DNA of 64,000 nucleotides from the human T2T-CHM13v2.0 reference genome, Homo sapiens. Of the stretch, positions 16,401 to 28,763 are shown piece by piece. The stretch lies in NCBI RefSeq assembly GCF_009914755.1, contig NC_060940.1; one strand, written 5' to 3'. Position numbers and translations under genes: made by a program. The notes under the pieces were generated by a model that worked only from the letters and a program-made list of their open reading frames with translations, had not been told where the DNA came from and made no database searches. Numbering within the stretch: position 1 is the stretch's first letter; each line of letters begins with the position of its first letter.

Positions 16401-19218
16401 TGATTCCATTTGATTCCAGTGGATGATGATTGCCATCGATTCCATTCGATCACTCCATTCTATTCCATTTGATGATGATTACATTCGATTCCATTTGATG
16501 ATTCCATCTGATTCTATTCGAGGATTCCATTTGATTCCATTCGATGATGATTCCATTCGAGTCCATTCGATGATTTCATTCGAGTACATCCAATGATTCC
16601 ATTCGAGTCCATTTGATGATTCCATTTGATTCCATTTGATTATGATTCTACTAGAGTCCATTCAATGACTCCATTCGAGTCCATTCAACAATTCCATTCG
16701 ACTCCATTCGATGATTCCATTGGATTCCATTTGATGATTCCTTTCGAGTCCATTTAATCATTACAGTCGAGTCCATTTGGTGATTCCGCTGGATTTCCTT
16801 TGATAATGATACCATTCAATTTCATTTGATGATGATTCCATTAGAGTCCATTCGATGATTTTATTCGAGTCCCTTCATTGATTCCATCCGATTTCATTGG
16901 ATGATGACTCCATTCGAGTCCATTCGATGATTCCACTCGATTCCATTAGATGATTCCATTGGAGTCCATTTGATTGTTCCATTCGATTCCATTCGATTCC
17001 TTTCGAAGATTATTCCATTTGAGTCCATTCGATGATGATTCCATTCCATTCCATTCGATGATTCCGTTTGATTCCATTCGATGATTCCCTTCGATTCCTT
17101 TCTTTGATGATTCCATTCCATTCCATTCAATGATTCCATTCGAATCTATTCCATGATGATTCCTTTCGATTCCATTCGCTGATGTTTCCGTTCAATTCCA
17201 TTCGATGATGATTCCATTCGATTCCATTCATTGAGGATTCCATTTCATTCCATTCAATGATGATTCCATTCTATTCCATTCAATGATTGCATTCAATTCC
17301 ATTCAATGATCATCCCCTTAGAGTAAACTCAACGATTCCATTCAATACCATTCGATGATGATTCCTTTTGAGTCCATTCAATGATTTCGTTCAAGTCCAT
17401 TTGATGATTCCTTTCAATTCCATTCTATGATGATTCCATTCGAGTCCATTCGATGATTCCATTCGATTACATTCGTCGATTCCATTATATTCCATTCAAC
17501 GATGATTCCATTCGAGTCCATTCGATGATTCCATTAGAGTACATTTAATGATTGCTTTGTTTTCAATTCGAAGATGATTACATTGGATTCCATTCTATGA
17601 TACCTTTCGATTCCATTCAATGATGATTCCACTCAAATCCATTGGATGATTCCATTCGTGTCCATTCGGTGATTTCATTAGATTCCATTCGAGGATGATT
17701 CCATTCGATTCCATTCGATGATTCCATTCAATTCCATTCGATGATGATTCCATTCGAGTCCATATGATCATTCCATTTGATTTCATTCGATGATGATTCC
17801 ATTCGATTCCATTCGATGATTCCATTCTATTCCATTCGATGATGATTCCATTCGAGTCCATTCGATGATTCCATTCGAGTCCATTTAATGATTCCATTGT
17901 GTTCAATTCAATGACGATTACATTGGATTCCGTTCTATGATTCCATTCAATTCCGTTCATTGACAATTTGATTCCATTCGATGATGATTCCATTTGAGTT
18001 CATTCGATGATTCTATTCGATTCTCTTCGATGGTGATTCAATTCTATTATATTGGATGATTCCATTCGATTCCATTTGATGTTGATTCAATTCGATTCTA
18101 TTCGATGATGATTCCATTGGATTTCACTTGATGATTCTATTCGATTCCATTCAATGATGATTCACTTCTCGTCCATTGGATGATTCCATTTCATTCCATT
18201 CGATGATGATTCCATTCGATTCCATTCGATGATTCCATTTGATTCCATGCGACGGTGAGCAATTCGATTCAATTCCATGATGATTCTATTTGATTCAATT
18301 AGATGATGTTTCCATTCGAATTCGTTCCATGATTATTCCATTGGAATCCATTCGGCGATGATTCCATATGAGTCAATTCAATGATGATTCCATATGGGTC
18401 CGTTCGATGATAATTCCATTTGATTTCATTCGATGCTTCTATTGTATTCCAGTCGATGATGATTCCGTTGGAGTCCATACGATGATTCCATTTGATTTTA
18501 TTTGATGATGATTCCATTCGATGATGATTACATTGGATTCCATTCTATGATTCCATTCAATTCCATTCGTTGATGATTCGATTCCATTCAATGATGATTC
18601 CATTTGAGTTCATTCGATGATTCCATTCGATTCCATTCGATGATGATTGGATTCGATTCCATTTGATTATTTCATTTCATTCCATTCGTTAATGATTTCG
18701 ATCAATTCCATTCAATGATTCCATTCGATTCCATTCGATAATGATTACATCCGAGTCCATTCGATGATTCCATTTGAGCCTGTTCGATAATTCCATTTGA
18801 GTCCAACCAATGATTCCATTCATTTCCATTCAATGATTCCATTCGAGTCCATTTGATCATTCCGGTAGGGTCCATTCGATGTTGATTCCATTGGAGTGCA
18901 TTAGATGATTCCATTCGAGTCCATTCGATGATTCCATTCGATTCCATTCGATGTTGATTCTGTTCAAATCCATTCGATGATTCCACTCGATTCCATTCGA
19001 TGACTCCATTTGATCCCATTCGATGATTTCCTTTGATTCCCTTTGATGATCATTCCATTTGATTCAATTCGGTGATTTCATTTGATTCCATTCAGTGATG
19101 TTTCCATTCGACTCCATTCGATGATGATTCCATTCGACTCCATTCGATTATGATTTCATTCAATTCCATTCGATAATGATTCCCTTCGAGTCCATTCGAT
19201 GATTCCATTCGATTCCAT
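1410..19218 (+). repeat. Four tandem copies of a 4.45-kb deletion-variant higher-order unit (4453, 4453, 4453, 4450 bp)
   Basis: Pseudo-ORF anchors recur at exact offsets (1410/5863/10316/14769/19219; 2273/6726/11179/15632; 4239/8692/13145/17595) with near-identical translations. Confidence 0.96.
4935..4945 (-). promoter_or_regulatory. DUX4 consensus match TAATTGAATCA (representative; one per unit retaining this segment)
   Basis: TGATTCAATTA on + at 4935, 9388, 13841, 18291, 21784, 26201, 32312, 38552, 42969, 49018 and 63615 matches the double-homeodomain consensus TAAYBBAATCA. This is a motif match only; binding is not shown. Confidence 0.4.
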
Positions 19219-22200
19219 TCAACGATGATTTGATTCGTGTCCATTCGATGATTCCATTTGATTCCACTTGATGATGATTCCATTCGAGTCCATTTGATGA
19301 TTCCATTCAATTCCATTCTCCGATGATTTCTTTTGAGCCCACTCAATGCTTCCACTCGATTCCATATGATGATGACTCCATTCGATGAAATTCGATGATG
19401 ATTCCATTCGCTTGCTTTCGATGATGATTCCACTTGAGTCCGTTAGAAGATTCTATTCAATTACATTCCATGACGATTCCGTTCGAGTCCATTTGATGAT
19501 TCCATTAGACTCCATTCGACGATGATTCCATTCGATGTTATTCGATGATTCCATTCGATCTCATTCGATGATGATTCCATTCAACTCCATTCGATGTTTC
19601 CATTCGAGTTCATTCTATTATTCCATTAGATTCCATTCGATGATGATTCCATTCGCTTCCATTTGATGATTGCATTCTATTTCATTTGATGATGATTCCA
19701 TTCGAGTCCACTCGATGATTCCATTCGAGTCCATTTAATGAATCCATTGGTTTCAATTCTATGATGATTACATTGGATTCCATTCGTTGATGATTTCATT
19801 CGGTTCCATTCAATGATGATTCCATTCAATTCCTTTCAATGTTTCCATTCAATTCCATACGATGATGATTCCATTTGATTTGATTCGACAGTGAGCCATT
19901 CGATTCAATTCCATGATGATTCTATTTGATTCAATTGGTTGACATTTCCATTCGATTCCATTCGATGATGATTCCCTTTGATTCCATTCAAAGATGATTC
20001 CATTCTAGCCCATTCAATCATTCCATTCGATTCTATTCAATGATGATTCCATTCATGTCGATTTGGTGATTCCATTTGACTTCATTTGATGATGATTCCT
20101 TTCAAGTTCATTAGATGATTCCATTCGATTCCATTTGATGATGATCCCATTCGAGTCCATTCAGTGATTCCATTCGTTTCCATTCCATGATGATTCCATT
20201 CCATTCCATGCAATGATTCCATTCGATTCCGTTTGATGATGATTTCATTCGAGTCCATTTGATGATTCCATTTGATTCCATTCGATGATGATTCCATTCG
20301 ATTCCATTCATTGAGGATTCCATTTCATTCCATTCAATGATGATTCCATTCTATTCCATTCAATGATTGCATTCAATTCCATTCAATGATCATCCCCTTA
20401 GAGTAAACTCAACGATTCCATTCAATACCATTCGATGATGATTCCTTTTGAGTCCATTCAATGATTTCGTTCAAGTCCATTTGATGATTCCTTTCAATTC
20501 CATTCTATGATGATTCCATTCGAGTCCATTCGATGATTCCATTCGATTACATTCGTCGATTCCATTATATTCCATTCAACGATGATTCCATTCGAGTCCA
20601 TTCGATGATTCCATTAGAGTACATTTAATGATTGCTTTGTTTTCAATTCGAAGATGATTACATTGGATTCCATTCTATGATACCATTCGATTCCATTCAA
20701 TGATGATTCCACTCAAATCCATTGGATGATTCCATTCGTGTCCATTCGGTGATTTCATTAGATTCCATTCGAGGATGATTCCATTCGATTCCATTCGATG
20801 ATTCCATTCAATTCCATTCGATGATGATTCCATTCGAGTCCATATGATCATTCCATTTGATTTCATTCGATGATGATTCCATTCGATTCCATTCGATGAT
20901 TCCATTCTATTCCATTCGATGATGATTCCATTCGAGTCCATTCAATGATTCCATTCGAGTCCATTTAATGATTCCATTGTGTTCAATTCAATGACGATTA
21001 CATTGGATTCCGTTCTATGATTCCATTCAATTCCGTTCATTGACAATTTGATTTCATTCGATGATGATTCCATTTGAGTTCATTCGATGATTCTATTCGA
21101 TTCTCTTCGATGGTGATTCAATTCTATTATATTGGATGAATCCATTCGATTCCATTTGATGTTGATTCAATTCGATTCTATTCGATGATGATTCCATTGG
21201 ATTTCACTTGATGATTCTATTCGATTCCATTCAATGATGATTCACTTCTCGTCCATTGGATGATTCCATTTCATTCCATTCGATGATGATTCCATTCGAT
21301 TCCATTCGATGATTCCATTCTATTCCATTCGATGATGATTCCATTCGAGTCCATTCGATGATTCCATTCGAGTCCATTTAATGATTCCATTGTGTTCAAT
21401 TCAATGACGATTACATTGGATTCCGTTCTATGATTCCATTCAATTCCGTTCATTGACAATTTGATTCCATTCGATGATGATTCCATTTGAGTTCATTCGA
21501 TGATTCTATTCGATTCTCTTCGATGGTGATTCAATTCTATTATATTGGATGAATCCATTCGATTCCATTTGATGTTGATTCAATTCGATTCTATTCGATG
21601 ATGATTCCATTGGATTTCACTTGATGATTCTATTCGATTCCATTCAATGATGATTCACTTCTCGTCCATTGGATGATTCCATTTCATTCCATTCGATGAT
21701 GATTCCATTCGATTCCATTCGATGATTCCATTTGATTCCATGCGACGGTGAGCAATTCGATTCAATTCCATGATGATTCTATTTGATTCAATTAGATGAT
21801 GTTTCCATTCGAATTCGTTCCATGATTATTCCATTGGAATCCATTCGGCGATGATTCCATATGAGTCAATTCAATGATGATTCCATATGGGTCCGTTCGA
21901 TGATAATTCCATTTGATTTCATTCGATGCTTCTATTGTATTCCAGTCGATGATGATTCCGTTGGAGTCCATACGATGATTCCATTTGATTTCATTTGATG
22001 ATGATTCCATTCGATGATGATTACATTGGATTCCATTCTATGATTCCATTCAATTCCATTCGTTGATGATTCGATTCCATTCAATGATGATTCCATTTGA
22101 GTTCATTCGATGATTCCATTCGATTCCATTCGATGCTGATTGGATTCGATTCCATTTGATTATTTCATTTCATTCCATTCGTTAATGATTTCGATCAATT

Positions 22201-22711
22201 CCATTCAATGATTCCATTCGATTCCATTCGATAATGATTACATCCGAGTCCATTCGATGATTCCATTTGAGCCTGTTCGATAATTCCATTTGAGTCCAAC
22301 CAATGATTCCATTCATTTCCATTCAATGATTCCATTCGAGTCCATTTGATCATTCCGGTAGGGTCCATTCGATGTTGATTCCATTGGAGTGCATTCGATG
22401 ATTCCATTCGAGTCCATTCGATGATTCCATTCGATTCCATTCGATGTTGATTCTGTTCAAGTCCATTCGATGATTCCAATGGATTCCATTCGAGGACTCC
22501 TATTGATCCCATTCGATGATTTCCTTTGATTCCCTTTGATGATCATTCCATTTGATACAATTCGGTGATTTCATTTGATTCCATTCAGTGATGTTTCCAT
22601 TCGACTCCATTCGATGATGATTCCATTCGACTCCATTCGATTATGATTTCATTCAATTCCATTCGATAATGATTCCCTTCGAGTCCATTCGATGATTCCA
22701 TTCGATTCCAT
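19219..22711 (+). repeat. 3493-bp rearranged unit (4450-bp type minus 1370 bp plus a 413-bp duplication)
   Basis: The offset to the previous unit changes from 4450 (15632 to 20082) to 3080 (17595 to 20675), then to 3493 (18299 to 21792); 4450-1370+413=3493. Confidence 0.92.
20864..21732 (+). repeat. 413-bp internal tandem duplication (copy in left block)
   Basis: The marker TTCACTTCTCGTCCATTGGA occurs at 21241 and 21654; CATTGACAATTTGA also occurs twice, 413 bp apart. Confidence 0.92.
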
Positions 22712-25700
22712 TCAACGATGATTTGATTCGTGTCCGTTCGATGATTCCATTTGATTCCACTTGATGATGATTCCATTCGAGTCCATTTGATGATTCCATT
22801 CAATACCATTCTCCGATGATTTCTTTTGAGCCCACTCAATGCTTCCACTCGATTCCATATGATGATGACTCCATTCGATGAAATTCGATGATGATTCCAT
22901 TCGCTTGCTTTCGATGATGATTCCACTTGAGTCCGTTAGAAGATTCTATTCAATTACATTCCATGACGATTCCGTTCGAGTCCATTTGATGATTCCATTA
23001 GACTCCATTCGACGATGATTCCATTCGATGTTATTCGATGATTCCATTGGATCTCATTCGATGATGATTCCATTCAACTCCATTCGATGTTTCCATTCGA
23101 GTTCATTCTATTATTCCATTAGATTCCATTCGATGATGATTCCATTCGATTCCGTTTGATGATTGCATTCTATTTCATTTGATGATGATTCCATTCGAGT
23201 CCACTCAATGATTCCATTCGAGTCCATTTAATGAATCCATTGGTTTCAATTCCATGATGATTACATTGGATTCCATTCGTTGATGATTTCATTCGGTTCC
23301 ATTCAATGATGATTCCATTCAATTCCTTTCAATGTTTCCATTCAATTCCATACGATGATGATTCCATTTGATTTGATTCGACAGTGAGCCATTCGATTCA
23401 ATTCCATGATGATTCTATTTGATTCAATTGGTTGACATTTCCATTCGATTCCATTCGATGATGATTCCCTTTGATTCCATTCAAAGATGATTCCATTCTA
23501 GCCCATTCAATCATTCCATTCGATTCTATTCAATGATGATTCCATTCATGTCGATTTGGTGATTCCATTTGACTTCATTTGATGATGATTCCTTTCAAGT
23601 TCATTAGATGATTCCATTCGATTCCATTTGATGATGATTCCATTCCATTCCATTCAATGATTCCATTCGATTCCGTTTGATGATGATTTCATTCGAGTCC
23701 ATTTGATGATTCCATTTGATTCCATTCGATGATGATTCCATTCGAGTCCGTTCGATGATTCTATTCGAATCCATTTGATGATTACTTTTGATTATATTTG
23801 GTGATGATTCCATTGGAGTCCATTCAATGATTCCATTCGATTCCAATCGATGGTGATTCCATTAGAGTCCATTTAATGATTCCATTTGATTCCAGTCTCT
23901 GATGATTACATTCGAGTCCATACGATGATTCCACTCAATTCCATATGATGATGATTCCATTCGATTCCATTCGATGATTCCATTCTATTCTATTCAATGG
24001 TGATTCCATTCGAGTACATTAGATGATTCCATTCGATTCCATTCAATGATGATTCTATTTGTGTCCCTTAGATGGTTCCACATGATTCCATTAGATGATG
24101 ATACTATTTGAGCCCATCCAATGATTCCCTTCGATTCCATTCGATGAGGATTCCATTCGATTCAATTCATTGGTGATTCTATTCAATTCAATTCTTTGAT
24201 TCCATTCCATTCCATTCGACAATGATTCCATTCGATTTCTTTCGATGATTCCACTCGATTCCACTTGACATTGATTCCATTCGATTCCATTCAATGATTC
24301 CGTTTGATTCCAGTGGATGATGATTGCCATCGATTCCATTCGATCACTCCATTCTATTCCATTTGATGATGATTACATTCGATTCCATTTGATGATTCCA
24401 TCTGATTCTATTCGAGGATTCCATTTGATTCCATTCGATGATGATTCCATTCGAGTCCATTCGATGATTTCATTCGAGTACATCCAATGATTCCATTCGA
24501 GTCCATTTGATGATTCCATTTGATGCCATTTGATTATGATTCTACTAGAGTCCATTCAATGACTCCATTCGAATCCATTCAACAATTCCATTCGAGTCCA
24601 TTCGATGATTCCATTTCATGATTCCATTCGAGTCCATTTAATCATTACAGTCGAGTCCGTTTGGTGATTCCACTGGATTTCTTTTGATAATGATACCATT
24701 CAATTACATTTGATGATGATCCAATTCAATTTCATTTGATGATGATTCCATTAGAGTCCATTCGATGATTTCATTCGAGTCCCTTCATTGATTCCATCCG
24801 ATTTCATTTGATGATGACTCCATTCGAGTCCATTCGATGATTCCACTCGATTCCATTAGATGATTCCATTGGAGTCCATTTCATTGTTCCATTCGATTCC
24901 ATTCGATTCCTTTCGAAGATTATTCCATTTGAGTCCATTCGATGATGATTCCATTCCATTCCATTCGATGATTCCGTTTGATTCCATTCGATGATTCCCT
25001 TTGATTCCTTTCTAGGATGATTCCATTCCATTCCATTCAATGATTCCATTCGAATCTATTCCATGATGATTCCTTGCGATTCCATTCGCTGATGTTTCCG
25101 TTCAATTCCATTCGGTGATGATTCCATTCGATTCCATTCATTGAGGATTCCATTTGATTCCATTCAATGATGATTCCGTTCTATTCCATTCAATGATTGT
25201 ATTCAATTCCATTCAATGATTATCCCCTTAGAGTAAACTCAACGATTCCATTCAATACCATTCGATGATGATTCCTTTTGAGTCCATTCAATGATTTCAT
25301 TCAAGTCCATTTGATGATTCCTTTCAATTCCATTCTATGATGATTCCATTCGAGTCCATTCGATGATTCCATTCAATTGCATTCGATGATTCCATTATAT
25401 TCCAGTCAACGATGATTCCATTCGAGTCCATTCGATGATTCCATTAGAGTACATTTAATGATTGCTTTGTTTTCAATTCGAAGATGATTACATTGGATTC
25501 CATTCTATGATACCATTCGATTCCATTCAATGATGATTCCACTCAAATCCATTGGATGATTCCATTCGTGTCCGTTCGGTGATTTCATTAGATTCCATTC
25601 GAGGATGATTCCATTCGATTCCATTCGATGATTCCATTCAATTCCATTCGATGATGATTCCATTCCAGTCCATATGATCATTCCATTTGATTTCATTCGA

Positions 25701-28700
25701 TGATGATTCCATTCGATTCCATTCGATGATTCCATTCTATTCCATTCGATGATGATTCCATTCGAGTCCATTCGATGATTCCATTCGAGTCCATTTAATG
25801 ATTCCATTGGGTTCAATTCAATGATGATTACATTGGATTCCGTTCAATGATTCCATTCAATTCCGTTCATTGACAATTTGATTCCATTCGATGATGATTC
25901 CATTTGAGTTCATTCGATGATTCTATTCGATTCTCTTCGATGGTGATTCAATTCTATTATATTGGATGATTCCATTCGATTCCATTTGATGTTGATTCAA
26001 TTCGATTCTATTCGATGATGATTCCATTGGATTTCACTTGATGATTCTATTCGATTCCATTCAATGATGATTGACTTCTCGTCCATTGGATGATTCCATT
26101 TCATTCCATTCGATGATGATTCCATTCGATTCCATTCGATGATTCCATTCGATTCCATGCGACGGTGAGCAATTCGATTCAATTCCATGATGATTCTATT
26201 TGATTCAATTAGATGATGTTTCCATTCGAATCCATTCCATGATTATTCCATTGGAATCCATTCGGCGATGATTCCATATGAGTCAATTCAATGATGATTC
26301 CATATGGGTCCGTTCGATGATAATTCCATTTGATTTCATTCGATGCTTCTATTCTATTCCAGTCGATGATGATTCCGTTGGAGTCCATACGATGATTCCA
26401 TTTGATTTCATTTGATGATGATTCCATTCGATGATGATTACATTAGATTCCATTCTATGATTCCATTCAATTCCATTCGTTGATGATTCGATTCCATTCA
26501 ATGATGATTCCATTTGAGTTCATTCGATGATTCTATTCGATTCCGTTCGATGGTGATTCAATTCTACTATATTGGATGATTCCACTCGATTCCATTTGAT
26601 GATTATTCCATTGGAGTCCACTTAGTGAATCCTTTAGATTGTACTCGAAGATGATTCCATTCGAGTCCATTCGATGATACCATTCAATTCCATTCGTTGA
26701 TGCTTCCATTCAAGTGCATTCGATGATATCATTCGATTCCATTTGATGATAATTCCATTTGATTCCATGCGATGATTCTATTCGATTCCATTCAATGATA
26801 ATTCCATTCAATTCAGTGATTCCTCTGGACTCCATTTGATGATGATTCCATTCAATGATTCCATTCGATTCTATTCCAAAATGATTCCATTTGAATCCAT
26901 TTGATGATGATTCCATTAGATTCCATTTGATGATTCCATTCGATTCCATTCGACGATGATTCCATTCGATTCCGTTTGATGATTCCATTCTATTCTATTC
27001 GATGATGATTCCATTCGATTCCATTCGATGATGATTGGATTCGATTCCATTTGATGATTTCATTTGATTCCATTCGTTAATGATTTCGATCAATTCCATT
27101 CGATGATTCCATTCGATTCCATTCGATAATGATTACATCCGAGTCCATCGATGATTCCATTTGAGCCTGTTCGATAATTCCATTTGAGTCCAACCAATGA
27201 TTCCATTCATTTCCATTCAATGATTCCATTCGAGTCCATTTGATCATTCCGGTAGGGTCCATTCGATGTTGATTCCATTGGAGTGCATTCGATGATTCCA
27301 TTCGAGTCCATTTTATGATTTGTTTCGAGTCCTTTCAATGATTCCATTCGATTCCACTCGATGATGATTTCATTCGAGTCCATTCGACACTTCCAATCGA
27401 TTCCATTTGATGTTTCCATTCGAGTCCAATTGATGATTCCATTCAATTCCATTCGATGATGATTCCGTACGATTCCATTCTGTGATGATTCCATGTGATT
27501 GCATTCAATGATGATTCCTTTCGATTGCATTCGATTATGATTCATTTCGTGTTCATTCTATGGTTCCACAGGTTTCCATTCGTGTCCATTCCATTATTCC
27601 ATTGTATTCCATTTGATGATGATTCCATTCGCTTCCATTCATTGGTGATTCCACTCAATTCCATTCAATGATTCCATTCCATTTCTTTCAACAATGATTC
27701 CATTAGTTTCTAATCGATGATCCACTTGATTCCATTTGACGATGATTCCATTCTTGTGCATTCGATGATTCCATTTGATTCCATATGATGATGATTCCAT
27801 TCGATTCCATACCATGATGATTCCATTCGAGTCCATTCAATGGTGATTCCATTCAATTCCATTCGATGATTCCTTTCGATTCCATTCGATTATGATGGCA
27901 TTTGGTTCCTTTCGATCATTCCCTTTGATTCCATTCAAAGGTGATTTCATTCAAGTCCATTCGATAATTGCATTCGATTCCATTCTATGATGATTCCATT
28001 CGAGTTCATTTGATGATTCCATTCAATTCAAGTCAATGATGATTCCATTCGATTCCATTCGATGATTCCATTGGATTCCATTCGATGATGATTCCATTCA
28101 AATCCATTCGATAATTCAATTCAAGTCCATTCGATGATGATTCCAATCGAATCCATTCAAAGATTCCATTCAGTTCCATTCGATGATTCCCTTAGATTCC
28201 ATTCGATGATTCCACTTGATTCCATTTACGATGATTCCATTCGATTCCATGTGATGATTCCATTCAATTCATTTCAATGATGTTTCCATTTGATTCCATT
28301 GGACCATGATTGCCTTTGACTCCATTCAATGATTCCATTCGGTTCCTTTTGATGATGATTCCGTTCGATTCCATTTGATGATTCCATTTGATTCCATTGG
28401 ATGAGTCCATTCGATTACATTCGATGATTATTCCATTCGAGTGCATTAGATGATTCCATTCGAGTCCATTCGATGATTCCATTCGATTCCATTCGATGTT
28501 GATTCTGTTCAAATCCATTCAATGATTCCACTCGATTCCATTTAATGACTCCATTTGATCCCATTCGATGATTTCCTGTGATTCCCTTTGATGATCATTC
28601 CATTTGATTCAATTCGGTGATTTCATTTGATTCCATTCAGTGATGTTTCCATTCGACGCCATTCGATGATGATTCCATTCGACTCCATTCAATTATGATT

Positions 28701-28763
28701 TCATTCAATTCCATTCGATAATGATTCCCTTCGAATCCATTCGATGATTCCATTCGATTCCAT
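22712..28763 (+). repeat. Full-length-type unit, 6052 bp
   Basis: Anchor spacing 22712 to 28764. It retains the 478-bp and ~1.16-kb segments missing in the 4.45-kb units and differs from the 6131-bp unit by 49+10+1+19 bp of indels. Confidence 0.92.
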
